A stretch of 32,000 nt of DNA, from contig CAZKEL010000015.1 of NCBI GenBank assembly GCA_964551815.1, positions 12,097-44,096 on the forward strand. Direction: 5' to 3'. Below the pieces are notes generated by a model. It did not search any database and was not told the origin of the DNA. It worked only from the letters and a program-made list of their open reading frames with translations. How positions within the stretch are numbered: position 1 is the stretch's first letter; the number at the start of each line of letters is the position of its first letter. This DNA comes from an uncultured bacterium. Its GTDB lineage: Bacteria; Fidelibacterota; Marinisomatia; SCGC-AAA003-L08; D37C17. Made by a program: the position numbers and the translations under genes. Shown in pieces: positions 1-8,840 of this stretch.

Positions 1-383
1 CGGATATGCCCTGGACAGATGAAATCACGGTCCCGGACTTTTCTGTTTATAAACAGCATATGTTTGCGCATCCCCGTTTTATTCCAAAGGCATGGTTTTT
101 GGTATTACGGGGAGACGAAATAGCAGGATTGAGCAATTTATGGAAAAGTAATATTCACGGAGAAATAGAAACGGGTCTCACGGGTGTCCGCAGAAAATTT
201 CGCAGACAGGGGATTGCAACAGCTTTAAAACATGTGAATCTCACCTGGGCGAAAGAACAAGGATACTCTTTTATCCGTACGGAAAATGATTCAACAAATA
301 ACGGTATGTTGAACATCAATAAACAAGCAGGTTTCGAGTTTATGCCTTCATGGTTATATTTTGAAAAGACAAATTTTCAGTAA
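1..383 (+). CDS. GNAT-family N-acetyltransferase, C-terminal part (5' end probably runs off the window)
   Basis: The reading frame is open to the window edge. It has the acetyl-CoA binding motif GVRRKFRRQGIATALK (R/Q-x-x-G-x-A/G) followed by a typical GNAT C-terminal beta-strand region (NNGMLNINKQAGFEF). Confidence 0.7.
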   Translation, partial: DMPWTDEITVPDFSVYKQHMFAHPRFIPKAWFLVLRGDEIAGLSNLWKSNIHGEIETGLTGVRRKFRRQGIATALKHVNLTWAKEQGYSFIRTENDSTNNGMLNINKQAGFEFMPSWLYFEKTNFQ

Positions 384-521
384 TGGTTAAACCTAAATTT
401 TTCTACTCACAGTGTATAATTGAAAAGTCTGATATGAAATGAGGGGTGGAAACAAAAGGTGAAAATCAGCCAAAGGTGTTTAGCTTGATAATTCATTGAC
501 AATTGCCTATTAAACTAAAAC

Positions 522-1085
522 CTATTCTACGGAGACGGAATCTTTCTTACCCACAAAGTACCTGGTTATCAGGGTATCATTAGGGTTCACATCAGCATTA
601 AAATGCTCTAACAGGTGCCCCTTTTCATCAATCAAATATTTATTAAAATTCCAAGATGGTTTTAAATCGTTCCACCCATTCAATTTTGGGTCAGATAACC
701 ATTGATACACTGGGTGTTGTTTTTTTCCTTTTACATGAATTTTACTGAATAATGGAAATGTAACACCATAATTCTGTTTGCAAAATAACTTTATCTCTTT
801 GTCCTGCCCCGGTTCCTGCCAGAGAAAATTATTGGAAGGAAATCCTAAAACCACCAGTTCTTCTCCATACTTTTCATAAAGATTCTGCAAGCCTTCATAT
901 TGGGGAGTATATCCGCACTTTGAAGCTACATTCACTACCAGAATTTTCTTTCCTTTATAAGATTCCATGCTAACAGTCTGACCATCAATAGACCTTGCGG
1001 AAAGATCATGAAAGGATTGAAGTTCAATTACAGGTTCCTCAGAAAAAATCATGGTAAAAAATAAAAGCAAATTAACTAGATACAT
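522..1085 (-). CDS. gpx: Glutathione peroxidase (Cys-type), with a hydrophobic N-terminus
   Basis: GPx signature blocks are present: ILVVNVASKCGYTPQY, LVVLGFPSNNFLWQEPG and WNFNKYLIDEKG. The catalytic residue is a normal Cys codon, not TGA. The start overlaps the stop of the upstream POT gene by 14 nt. Confidence 0.9.
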   Translation of the reverse strand: MYLVNLLLFFTMIFSEEPVIELQSFHDLSARSIDGQTVSMESYKGKKILVVNVASKCGYTPQYEGLQNLYEKYGEELVVLGFPSNNFLWQEPGQDKEIKLFCKQNYGVTFPLFSKIHVKGKKQHPVYQWLSDPKLNGWNDLKPSWNFNKYLIDEKGHLLEHFNADVNPNDTLITRYFVGKKDSVSVE

Positions 1086-2418
1086 TTTCTTCCTCCTGAA
1101 AATAGGATACAGGTTTATAATAGCGGGAGATGATGCTGAACAACACTGCAGTTATTAACATGAGACCTCCGAAAAAATAAAAGTATTCAGCACCTTCAAT
1201 TTTCAAACTGCCGTCAGGATTTTGAATAAACATATTAACTCCTGCAGTTACCAAATTTCCTAAAGTGATGGAGAGAAAGAAATAACTCATAATAAAAGAT
1301 TTCATGGTTCTTGGTGCTTGAGAGTAGGAAAATTCCAGGCAGGTGATAGAGACTAAAACTTCTGCTGCAGTGATAATAGTATATGCTATCAGCTGCCAAA
1401 AGATACCCACACTTTGCCCCGTATCAATAAGGGATTGAGCATAGCCAATAATAAAAAAGGAGGGTGCTGTGAGGAAAAGTCCAAACCCGATTTTTCTTAA
1501 GGGAGTAAGATTGATGAACCTGCCAATGAATGGAAAAATAATATAATTAAATAGGGGAATGAAAATTAAAATGAGGATTGGATTAACAGCCTGAATTTGG
1601 GAGGGCAGCCATTCTACTCCCAGCCAATGGCGGTTCATCATATCAGCCTGTAATACCCAAGAGGACCCCGTTTGGTCATAGAGAGCCCAAAAAAATGCCA
1701 CAAAGACGTAAATAAAAGTGAGACGGCCCAATGCACTGAGTCCTTCCTTCCCGGTTATTTCTTTGATGAAGGAAATTCCTCCTGCAGGGATGTGAATAAA
1801 TTCTCTTCTTCCTAACCAGAATACCCATGTAGCCATAAACATGAGGAGGCCCGGTACGCCAAAAGCAACATTGGGGCCGTATTTATTCAGTAACAGAGGA
1901 GTCGCCAATGTGGAAAAGAAAGCCCCAAAATTTATGGAAAAGTAGAACCAGCTAAAGACTTTTTCCAATAGATATGCATTGGTTTTTCCAAACTGGTCAC
2001 CTACATGAGCAGATACACAGGGCTTAATTCCCCCTGACCCCAAGGCAATGAGACCCAATCCCAGAGAGAGCCCCAGGCGGGTGTCATCTAATGCTAAAAC
2101 CAGATGTCCCAAACAGTAAACTATTGAGAGGGTGATGATGGTTTTGTATTTCCCTAAAAACCCATCTGCAATGAGTGCACCCAAAATAGGCGTAAAATAA
2201 ACTCCACTGCTAAACAGATGATACCAAGTAAGGGCTTCTTCCCGCTGCATTACATCCGGTGCTCCGCTGTGATCCATGAGATATTTGGTCATAAAAATAA
2301 CCAGAATGGTTTTCATTCCATAAAAGCTAAACCGCTCGGCAAGCTCATTACCAATGATATAAGGAACTCCCCTTGGCATGGCTTTTGAAGGGAGAGGTGC
2401 TGTTTTGTATTTAGTCAT
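1072..2418 (-). CDS. Proton-dependent oligopeptide transporter (POT/PTR2 family)
   Basis: The PTR2 signature GNELAERFSFYGMKTIL is present and the protein is a multi-TM MFS-like polypeptide. The ORF track extends to 2475, but I prefer the ATG at 2418 (MTKYKTAPLPS...) because the N-terminal extension has no transporter-like features. Confidence 0.85.
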   Translation of the reverse strand: MTKYKTAPLPSKAMPRGVPYIIGNELAERFSFYGMKTILVIFMTKYLMDHSGAPDVMQREEALTWYHLFSSGVYFTPILGALIADGFLGKYKTIITLSIVYCLGHLVLALDDTRLGLSLGLGLIALGSGGIKPCVSAHVGDQFGKTNAYLLEKVFSWFYFSINFGAFFSTLATPLLLNKYGPNVAFGVPGLLMFMATWVFWLGRREFIHIPAGGISFIKEITGKEGLSALGRLTFIYVFVAFFWALYDQTGSSWVLQADMMNRHWLGVEWLPSQIQAVNPILILIFIPLFNYIIFPFIGRFINLTPLRKIGFGLFLTAPSFFIIGYAQSLIDTGQSVGIFWQLIAYTIITAAEVLVSITCLEFSYSQAPRTMKSFIMSYFFLSITLGNLVTAGVNMFIQNPDGSLKIEGAEYFYFFGGLMLITAVLFSIISRYYKPVSYFQEEENVSS

Positions 2419-2541
2419 ATTTGAAGAATTAATCCATATTTCAGATGCAAAGTGTAAAAGTAAATTACTGAGCAAGAAAAAGGAATTTTTTAAAGTCCAA
2501 AACTCGGTTTAGTAATTATCAATTAAAAGTAATGTGGAAAT

Positions 2542-3231
2542 ATGGCACAAAATAAAATTTCAAACCCTTGGTTGATTGAGCTGCCTCGGTTAGTTCTTGT
2601 TATATTTGTAATCCTGAATATTTTTGCAATATTCAGCTATCCCGGTGGTACCTATTTAGATCATACAACTCTGGGCTACTCCCTTACAAAAAACTTTCTC
2701 AGCGACTTGGGAAGAACGATTAGTTTTTCAGGAGAAGTCAATTTTCTTTCCGCTCAGTTGTTTAATATGACTCTCATACTTGCCGGAGGAATTTTCACTA
2801 ATTTTTATATCAGGGTACGAAAGATCTTTCAAGGCCCTGGTCAGGCAGCCCCTGCCTTGATAGGCAGCATCTTCGGTGTATCAGGGGGACTATCCCTGGC
2901 AGGGGTAGGTCTCACTCCTGCAGACCTTTATCTTGATTTACATCTAATTTGTGCAACCTGGTTGTTCCGCTTCTTCTTTATTGCTTCTCTTTGTTTTACA
3001 ATTGTGATTTTAAAACATGAACAATTTGAAAATAAATATGCAGGCGGTTATTTGATTTTCACTATTTCAATACTTGCTTATATTTTTATTTCAGAATTGG
3101 GGCCTGACCCCAAAACCAACCAATTTGCCCTTGGAGTACAAGTGGTATCACAAAAAATGATTTTACTCATTTTCCTGACTGCAATTTATATTCAAACGCT
3201 GGGATTACAGAAATTGCAGAACAGGGAATGA
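2542..3231 (+). CDS. Hypothetical polytopic membrane protein (DUF998-like by pattern)
   Basis: About six hydrophobic segments. YPGG...NFLSDLG...LFN motifs are reminiscent of DUF998 membrane proteins. It overlaps the next gene by 4 nt (ATGA). Confidence 0.5.
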   Translation: MAQNKISNPWLIELPRLVLVIFVILNIFAIFSYPGGTYLDHTTLGYSLTKNFLSDLGRTISFSGEVNFLSAQLFNMTLILAGGIFTNFYIRVRKIFQGPGQAAPALIGSIFGVSGGLSLAGVGLTPADLYLDLHLICATWLFRFFFIASLCFTIVILKHEQFENKYAGGYLIFTISILAYIFISELGPDPKTNQFALGVQVVSQKMILLIFLTAIYIQTLGLQKLQNRE

Positions 3232-4142
3232 ATTTTAAAATTTTAGATGGAGCTATGGGTTCAGAGCTCATCCGCAATGGAATAACCCTTCCAAAACATC
3301 TATGGTCTGCAGATGCAAACCAGAGTCACCCGGAGCTTGTTTCTCAAATCCATGGGGACTACATAAAGGCAGGGGTGGATTTCATCACTGCCAATACATT
3401 TAGAACAACGCCAAGAGCGTTTGCTAAAACAATAGGTAAATTGAAAGAGGCTTCAGGTGATAGGGGTACCCAAACTGCAATGAGGTACTCTTATTTATTT
3501 AGGGATGGAACCGCCGAACAAGAAGCTAAAAAATCTTTAACTATAGCTGTTGACCTGGCCAAAAGGGCTGCCGGTAATAACACGCCTGTACTTGGCTCTA
3601 TCGCACCCTTAGAGGATTGTTATCTACCAAAATTATTCCCCGGAGAAAAAATTGCAAAGAAAGAATTCTCTTTACTGGGAAATTGGCTGGTCAACGCAGG
3701 CGTAGATATTATTCTATTGGAAACCATGAACTCTATTCAAGAAACTGTGGCGGGTCTATCTGTCTTACAACAATTAAAGGTACCCGTTTGGGTTAGTTTT
3801 GTTCTGAAGGATCATGGCCATTTATTATCAGGGGAATCATTAGAAAGTGCAATGAAGCAGCTTGATTCTTTTAAGGTAGAAATGATTCTGCTAAACTGTA
3901 ATCCTATAAACCGGACTACAAAGGCAGTGGATAAACTTGTTGATAACTGGCAGGGGAATTGGGGAGTATATCCCAATTTAGGTACGGGAGAACCTTCTCC
4001 CGATGGTGATATTCATGAAAGGGAATCCATGCATTCATTTCTAAAGTTAGCAGAAAAGGTAATTTCGATGGGGGCTGCGGTAATGGGAGGATGCTGTGGT
4101 TCCACACCAGAGCATATTCATTCCTTGAACCAATTAAAATGA
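3228..4142 (+). CDS. Homocysteine S-methyltransferase family protein
   Basis: The N-terminal ILDGAMGSEL motif is present, with a TANTF block and zinc-ligand cysteines (LNCNP and GGCCGSTPEHI) typical of the Pfam S-methyl_trans fold. Confidence 0.8.
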   Translation: MNFKILDGAMGSELIRNGITLPKHLWSADANQSHPELVSQIHGDYIKAGVDFITANTFRTTPRAFAKTIGKLKEASGDRGTQTAMRYSYLFRDGTAEQEAKKSLTIAVDLAKRAAGNNTPVLGSIAPLEDCYLPKLFPGEKIAKKEFSLLGNWLVNAGVDIILLETMNSIQETVAGLSVLQQLKVPVWVSFVLKDHGHLLSGESLESAMKQLDSFKVEMILLNCNPINRTTKAVDKLVDNWQGNWGVYPNLGTGEPSPDGDIHERESMHSFLKLAEKVISMGAAVMGGCCGSTPEHIHSLNQLK

Positions 4143-4207
4143 GCAAATTATCAATTATAAATACTGTTCAAGAGATACATAGTCATTAATCTTACCCCAA
4201 TAAATTA

Positions 4208-4405
4208 ATGATAAAACACACCTTCAAAATTTCCCTGGGAATCATTCTGGTGATCATTGGACTTATCGGTGGCCTCATCCCGATTTTTCAGGGATGGGTG
4301 TTCGGTATTCCAGGCCTCATTATACTCAGTAACTATTTTCCTCCTGCAAAACGGCTGCTTGATTGGGCAAAGAAAAAGATTAAAAGAGATGAAACTAAAG
4401 GGTAG
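4208..4405 (+). CDS. Small two-TM membrane protein (PGPGW-like)
   Basis: 65 aa with two hydrophobic helices around GIPGLIILS and a basic C-terminus. The 3' end overlaps the preferred start of the radical SAM gene by 17 nt. Confidence 0.4.
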   Translation: MIKHTFKISLGIILVIIGLIGGLIPIFQGWVFGIPGLIILSNYFPPAKRLLDWAKKKIKRDETKG

Positions 4406-5429
4406 GGGTACTGCTAAAAATCCCCCAAATCGCTTTGAATCTACAGAAACGATTCCTGTTAGAGAATTTACTCATGAAGGGAATTTACCGAAAACGGAAT
4501 TTATCCCTGATTATTCAAAGTCAATTATCACAGACAATACCAGTCCGGACATCCCCTACCAGTCTTCAGTAAATCCATACAGAGGTTGTGAACATGGCTG
4601 CATTTATTGCTATGCGCGACCCTATCACGAATTTTTAGGATATTCAGGCGGCATTGATTTTGAAACGAAAATTATGGTGAAACATCATGCCCCTGAATTG
4701 CTGCGTAATTCATTGCAGTCAAAATCCTGGAAACCAAGAAATGTTACCCTTAGCGGGGTAACGGATCCTTACCAGCTAATTGAGCAGAAATTGCAACTCA
4801 CCAGGGAATGTCTAAAAGTCTTTGGAGAGTTTCGCAACCCCGTATCCATTATAACCAAAAATCACTTAGTCACCCGGGACATTGATATTTTAAAGAAAAT
4901 GGTACCTTATAATTGTATCCATGTTTTGGTTTCGGTTACCACTTTGGATATTAAACTTTGTAATGTGTTAGAACCCCGTACATCCCGCCCCGAGAAGCGG
5001 TTGGAAGGAATTCGTAAATTGAGTGAAGCAGGAATTCCCGTACAGGTTATGATTGCACCCGTAATACCGGGATTAAATGATCATGAAATCCCCGCCATCT
5101 TAAACGCTGTACATTCTGCGGGAGCCAGTTCTGCTCAATATTTATTGCTGCGACTACCTCATTCGGTGAAGGAATTGTTTGAACATTGGCTTAAGGAACA
5201 TTACCCTACAAAAAAGAGAAAGGTATTGAATTTTATCAGAGCAACCCGCAAAGGAAAACTAAACGAGAACAATTTTGGAGTTCGCTTCAGAGGAAGTGGA
5301 AAAATAGCAGAGTATATTCATCAGCTTTTTAATACCTCTGTTCATCGTTATGGCCTAAACAACTCCCTGCCTCCCCTCTCGACAAATCATTTCAGAAAAG
5401 TAAATAATCAGACTGAATTATTTGATTAA
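4389..5429 (+). CDS. Radical SAM protein, PA0069 / SplB-like (COG1533-type) family
   Basis: The CxxxCxxC cluster is within NPYRGCEHGCIYCYARPYHEFLG. The N-terminus MKLKGRGTAKNPPNRFE is typical for this family. The start is moved from 4257 to the ATG at 4389 because the upstream extension overlaps the small membrane ORF in another frame. Confidence 0.8.
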   Translation: MKLKGRGTAKNPPNRFESTETIPVREFTHEGNLPKTEFIPDYSKSIITDNTSPDIPYQSSVNPYRGCEHGCIYCYARPYHEFLGYSGGIDFETKIMVKHHAPELLRNSLQSKSWKPRNVTLSGVTDPYQLIEQKLQLTRECLKVFGEFRNPVSIITKNHLVTRDIDILKKMVPYNCIHVLVSVTTLDIKLCNVLEPRTSRPEKRLEGIRKLSEAGIPVQVMIAPVIPGLNDHEIPAILNAVHSAGASSAQYLLLRLPHSVKELFEHWLKEHYPTKKRKVLNFIRATRKGKLNENNFGVRFRGSGKIAEYIHQLFNTSVHRYGLNNSLPPLSTNHFRKVNNQTELFD

Positions 5430-5492
5430 ACTGCTAAAACTGAACTAATCAAGCAATTGATCGTTTCAAAAACTTTAGAATGACTTGGGTAG

Positions 5493-6005
5493 ATGCATAA
5501 TATTTTTCTAAAGACCACTATTATAACCATTGCATTGTTGCTCATCCCCTTTGTTGCGATGCATTTCTATGCTGAGGTTCAGTGGGGAGTAGAAGATTTT
5601 GCTTTTGCAGCAGTAATCCTATGGACATTCGGTTTTATTTTCTTAAGATTTTCCACAAGTAAATCAAATTTTTTCTTCAAAGCAGCCATGGGTGTGTTTC
5701 TGTTGAATATAGCTCTGCTGATCTGGATAAGTTTGGCAGTTGGTATATTTGGAGAACCAGATTTATTGGAATTTCTTCCTTCTTTGTTCCTTGGTGGTTT
5801 TGGGGCGGTAATTGTTAAGTTCCGGGCTGCGAGTATGGTATATGTATCATTGTCCCTTGCCGGACTTCAAACTCTGATTGGTATATTTGCTCTTATAAAT
5901 CAAGCGGCTTTATCAGAAATTTGGTATGGAGAAGTTCTTTTAAATGGTTTTTTCGTCTTTATGTTCTTGACCTCTGCAGTATTTTTTAAAAAAAGTAAAA
6001 AGTAG
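5493..6005 (+). CDS. Hypothetical integral membrane protein
   Basis: 170 aa with 5-6 hydrophobic helices. I recognise no motif. Confidence 0.45.
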   Translation: MHNIFLKTTIITIALLLIPFVAMHFYAEVQWGVEDFAFAAVILWTFGFIFLRFSTSKSNFFFKAAMGVFLLNIALLIWISLAVGIFGEPDLLEFLPSLFLGGFGAVIVKFRAASMVYVSLSLAGLQTLIGIFALINQAALSEIWYGEVLLNGFFVFMFLTSAVFFKKSKK

Positions 6006-6215
6006 GGTAAAGTCTGAAATTTTGAGTCCTAAAATAACGGATTTGAATTTGTTAACCTTTTTAGTCATTATTTGGTTATATCTCCTTCACAGTATTATTA
6101 ATTTCAAATATATACGAAAACCCTTATTGGCGGTTGAATTGGCAATATACCCCAAAACCAATATTTTGCTTACTCCATCAATGGAGTTGTACTCTTAATA
6201 TCAGTAAATTTAACG

Positions 6216-7010
6216 ATGCTAATTTGGATAGAAATTCTCCTTCTGGTCTTCCTTGCGGGGGGCGTATATACTTATAAGTGTAATTGGAAGCCGGTAAAAC
6301 CCCATTTTTTGCCTTCTGAAAAACAAACCCTCATTGGTCATCGAGGTGCTCCTTTTCTCTCAAAGGAAAATACATTGGAATCATTTCAAAAAGCCTTTGA
6401 CGCAGGACTTAATGGCGTTGAATTGGATGTTCAATTTTCTTCAGATAAAGAATTAGTGGTGTTTCATGATTATATCATTGAATCACTGAATTCACCCTCA
6501 ATAGAAATAAACAATATCCCTTATGATATGCTTCTTAATATAAGTGATAATACCATTCCCTTATTATCAGATGTAATTGCTGCTCTTCCTAAAAATTCCT
6601 TTATAAATATTGAAATAAAATCTAAATATTTAATAAATACAGGCATTGAAAACAAAGTTCTCACAGAAATTGAAAAAGGAGGAATTGAAAAGCAGTGCAT
6701 CGTATCAAGTTTCAACCCCTTTGTGCTGTGGAGGATAAAGAAAGCTAACCCCAAAATTATTACCGCCTTTCTATGGACAGCTAATAATACCGAATCCATT
6801 ATAAATAGTCCATTATGGGTTTGGTACTGCAGACCAGATGGATTTCATGCAGATATTCGACAGCTTGACGAGAAGTTGACACAATGGATAAGAAAGAAAA
6901 ACATGTTTGCTTCGGCATATACGGTAAATTCTCAAGAACATTTTGCTAAGGCTAAGAGACTATTGTTGGATGGAATTTTCACAGATGACCCATATCTAAA
7001 TAAAGAATAA
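6216..7010 (+). CDS. Glycerophosphodiester phosphodiesterase (GDPD) family protein with an N-terminal TM anchor
   Basis: GDPD catalytic blocks are present: LIGHRGAP...ENTLESFQKA...GVELDVQFSSD...VVFHD. A single N-terminal hydrophobic helix is also present. Confidence 0.8.
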   Translation: MLIWIEILLLVFLAGGVYTYKCNWKPVKPHFLPSEKQTLIGHRGAPFLSKENTLESFQKAFDAGLNGVELDVQFSSDKELVVFHDYIIESLNSPSIEINNIPYDMLLNISDNTIPLLSDVIAALPKNSFINIEIKSKYLINTGIENKVLTEIEKGGIEKQCIVSSFNPFVLWRIKKANPKIITAFLWTANNTESIINSPLWVWYCRPDGFHADIRQLDEKLTQWIRKKNMFASAYTVNSQEHFAKAKRLLLDGIFTDDPYLNKE

Positions 7011-7059
7011 CACTGCCTAATACCTTTAAATTTAGAATACAGGAAAAGCCTAAATAAAT

Positions 7060-7980
7060 ATGGACGATATTTTTTCCCGATTATCACAACTGAAAAAAGA
7101 GAGAAAGGCAGTAATTCTCGCTCATTATTATCAAGATCCTGATATTCAGGATGTTGCCGATGTAATGGGAGACAGTTTAGCCCTTGCACAGCATGCTGTG
7201 AAAACTGATGCAGAGGTTATCCTTTTCTGTGGTGTTCATTTTATGTGTGAAACTGCTAAGATTCTAAACCCGGGAAAAACGGTGATATTACCTGATATGG
7301 ATGCCGGCTGTTCTCTGGCTGACAGCGCACCGAGAGATGAGTTTAAAAGCTGGGTAGAAAGTCACCCTGACCATACTGTTATCAGTTATATCAACTGCAG
7401 CGCAGAGGTTAAGGCAATGTCTGATATAATCTGCACTTCATCAAATGCTGAGAAAATTTTAAACAGCCTGCCAAATAATGAAAAAATCATTTTTGCTCCG
7501 GATAAATTTTTAGGCTCTTATCTAATGGAAAAGACGGGGAGGGATATGCTGCTTTGGAACGGATCCTGCCAAGTACATGAGATATTCTCTGAGAAGGAAC
7601 TTGTAAAATTGATGATACGACACCCTGGGGCAGAGGTGCTTGCTCATCCTGAATGTGATGAAAATATTTTACGGCATGCCCATCATATCGGGTCTACCAC
7701 CTCCATCATCAACTACGGTGCTAAATCAAATACCACAGAATTTATTATAGCCACAGAACCGGGAGTAATTCACCAAATGGAGAAAGCTAATCCGGATAAG
7801 ACTTTTATACCATTACCTTCCAATGATGGTTGTGCCTGTAATGAATGCCCACACATGAGGTTAAACACTTTAGAAAAGATGGTGACCGCACTGGAAAACC
7901 TCTCACCGGAGATCACCATGGAAGAAGATTTGAGAATTAAAGCCCTGGTTCCCCTAGAAAGGATGTTGGCACTCAGTTGA
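7060..7980 (+). CDS. nadA: Quinolinate synthase
   Basis: Conserved NadA blocks are present: AVILAHYYQDPDIQDVAD, GVHFMCETAKILNP, YINCSAEVKA, AHPEC and CACNECPHM. Confidence 0.95.
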   Translation: MDDIFSRLSQLKKERKAVILAHYYQDPDIQDVADVMGDSLALAQHAVKTDAEVILFCGVHFMCETAKILNPGKTVILPDMDAGCSLADSAPRDEFKSWVESHPDHTVISYINCSAEVKAMSDIICTSSNAEKILNSLPNNEKIIFAPDKFLGSYLMEKTGRDMLLWNGSCQVHEIFSEKELVKLMIRHPGAEVLAHPECDENILRHAHHIGSTTSIINYGAKSNTTEFIIATEPGVIHQMEKANPDKTFIPLPSNDGCACNECPHMRLNTLEKMVTALENLSPEITMEEDLRIKALVPLERMLALS

Positions 7981-8840
7981 TTGAATACCCTCAGCATCTC
8001 TCCCTCTCGGCCTCATACATAAGAGAAAAAATTGCTTCCTTTTTAAAGGAGGATCTTCCCGGCGGAGATAAAACCACTTCAGCTACCATTTCTGGCAGTT
8101 CAGAAATTTCAGCCCATATTATTGCTGTGGAAAAAATGGTATTTGCCGGCGAAACAATTATTCCTGAATGTTTTGGGGATGAATGCAAAGTAGATAATCT
8201 ACTAAAAGATGGCAAGCATCTGAAAAAGGGAGAAATAATCGGATTAGTTACCGGAGCAGCATCAACAATACTTTCCCGGGAAAGGGTTATGCTGAATCTT
8301 GTGCAGCGGTTATGCGGCATCGCCACCCAAACACGGGAATATGCTCAAACCGCAGCTCCTTTTGGGGTGAAAATTTTGGACACCAGAAAGACAACCCCTG
8401 GCCTGAGACTGTTTGAAAAGTATGCTGTAGCTGTAGGAGGTGGACATAATCACCGCTTAGATCTTTCCAGTGGAATTTTAATCAAAGATAATCATATCGC
8501 AGCAGCAGGTTCGGTGGAAAATGCAATTAAAAGTACCCGTGCTCAAAACCAAGAATTACCCTTAGAATTGGAAGTGGATAACTTATCCCAAATCAGAGAG
8601 GCACTTACAATTGGAGTAGATGGATTTCTGTTGGACAATATGGATAGAGAGAAAATTATTAGGGCTGTAAATCTCATCCGAAATTCACGAAAAGGAAATG
8701 ACATTTTTATAGAAGCTTCCGGAGGGATAACCCTTAATAATATTGAAGAATATCTGGATACAGGTATCAATGCAATTTCTGTGGGTGCTCTCACTCATGG
8801 AGTAAAAAGTAGAGATATTCGATTGGAATTTCTGTCATGA
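7977..8840 (+). CDS. nadC: Nicotinate-nucleotide pyrophosphorylase (carboxylating)
   Basis: Motifs LDTRKTTPGLRLFEKYAVAVGGGHNHR, LIKDNHI and IEASGGITLNNI. A TTG start overlaps the nadA stop (GTTGA), and the stop overlaps the nadB start (ATGA). Confidence 0.9.
   Translation: MIEYPQHLSLSASYIREKIASFLKEDLPGGDKTTSATISGSSEISAHIIAVEKMVFAGETIIPECFGDECKVDNLLKDGKHLKKGEIIGLVTGAASTILSRERVMLNLVQRLCGIATQTREYAQTAAPFGVKILDTRKTTPGLRLFEKYAVAVGGGHNHRLDLSSGILIKDNHIAAAGSVENAIKSTRAQNQELPLELEVDNLSQIREALTIGVDGFLLDNMDREKIIRAVNLIRNSRKGNDIFIEASGGITLNNIEEYLDTGINAISVGALTHGVKSRDIRLEFLS

Noticed and set aside
522-1085. A possible selenocysteine-containing glutathione peroxidase
   Set aside because: The catalytic position (NVASKCGYT) is an ordinary Cys codon in an uninterrupted ORF. 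There is no in-frame TGA and no need for a SECIS element.
4257-4388. The 44-codon N-terminal extension of the radical SAM ORF given in the ORF track
   Set aside because: It overlaps the small membrane ORF out of frame and has no family-like sequence. The family-typical N-terminus begins at the ATG at 4389.
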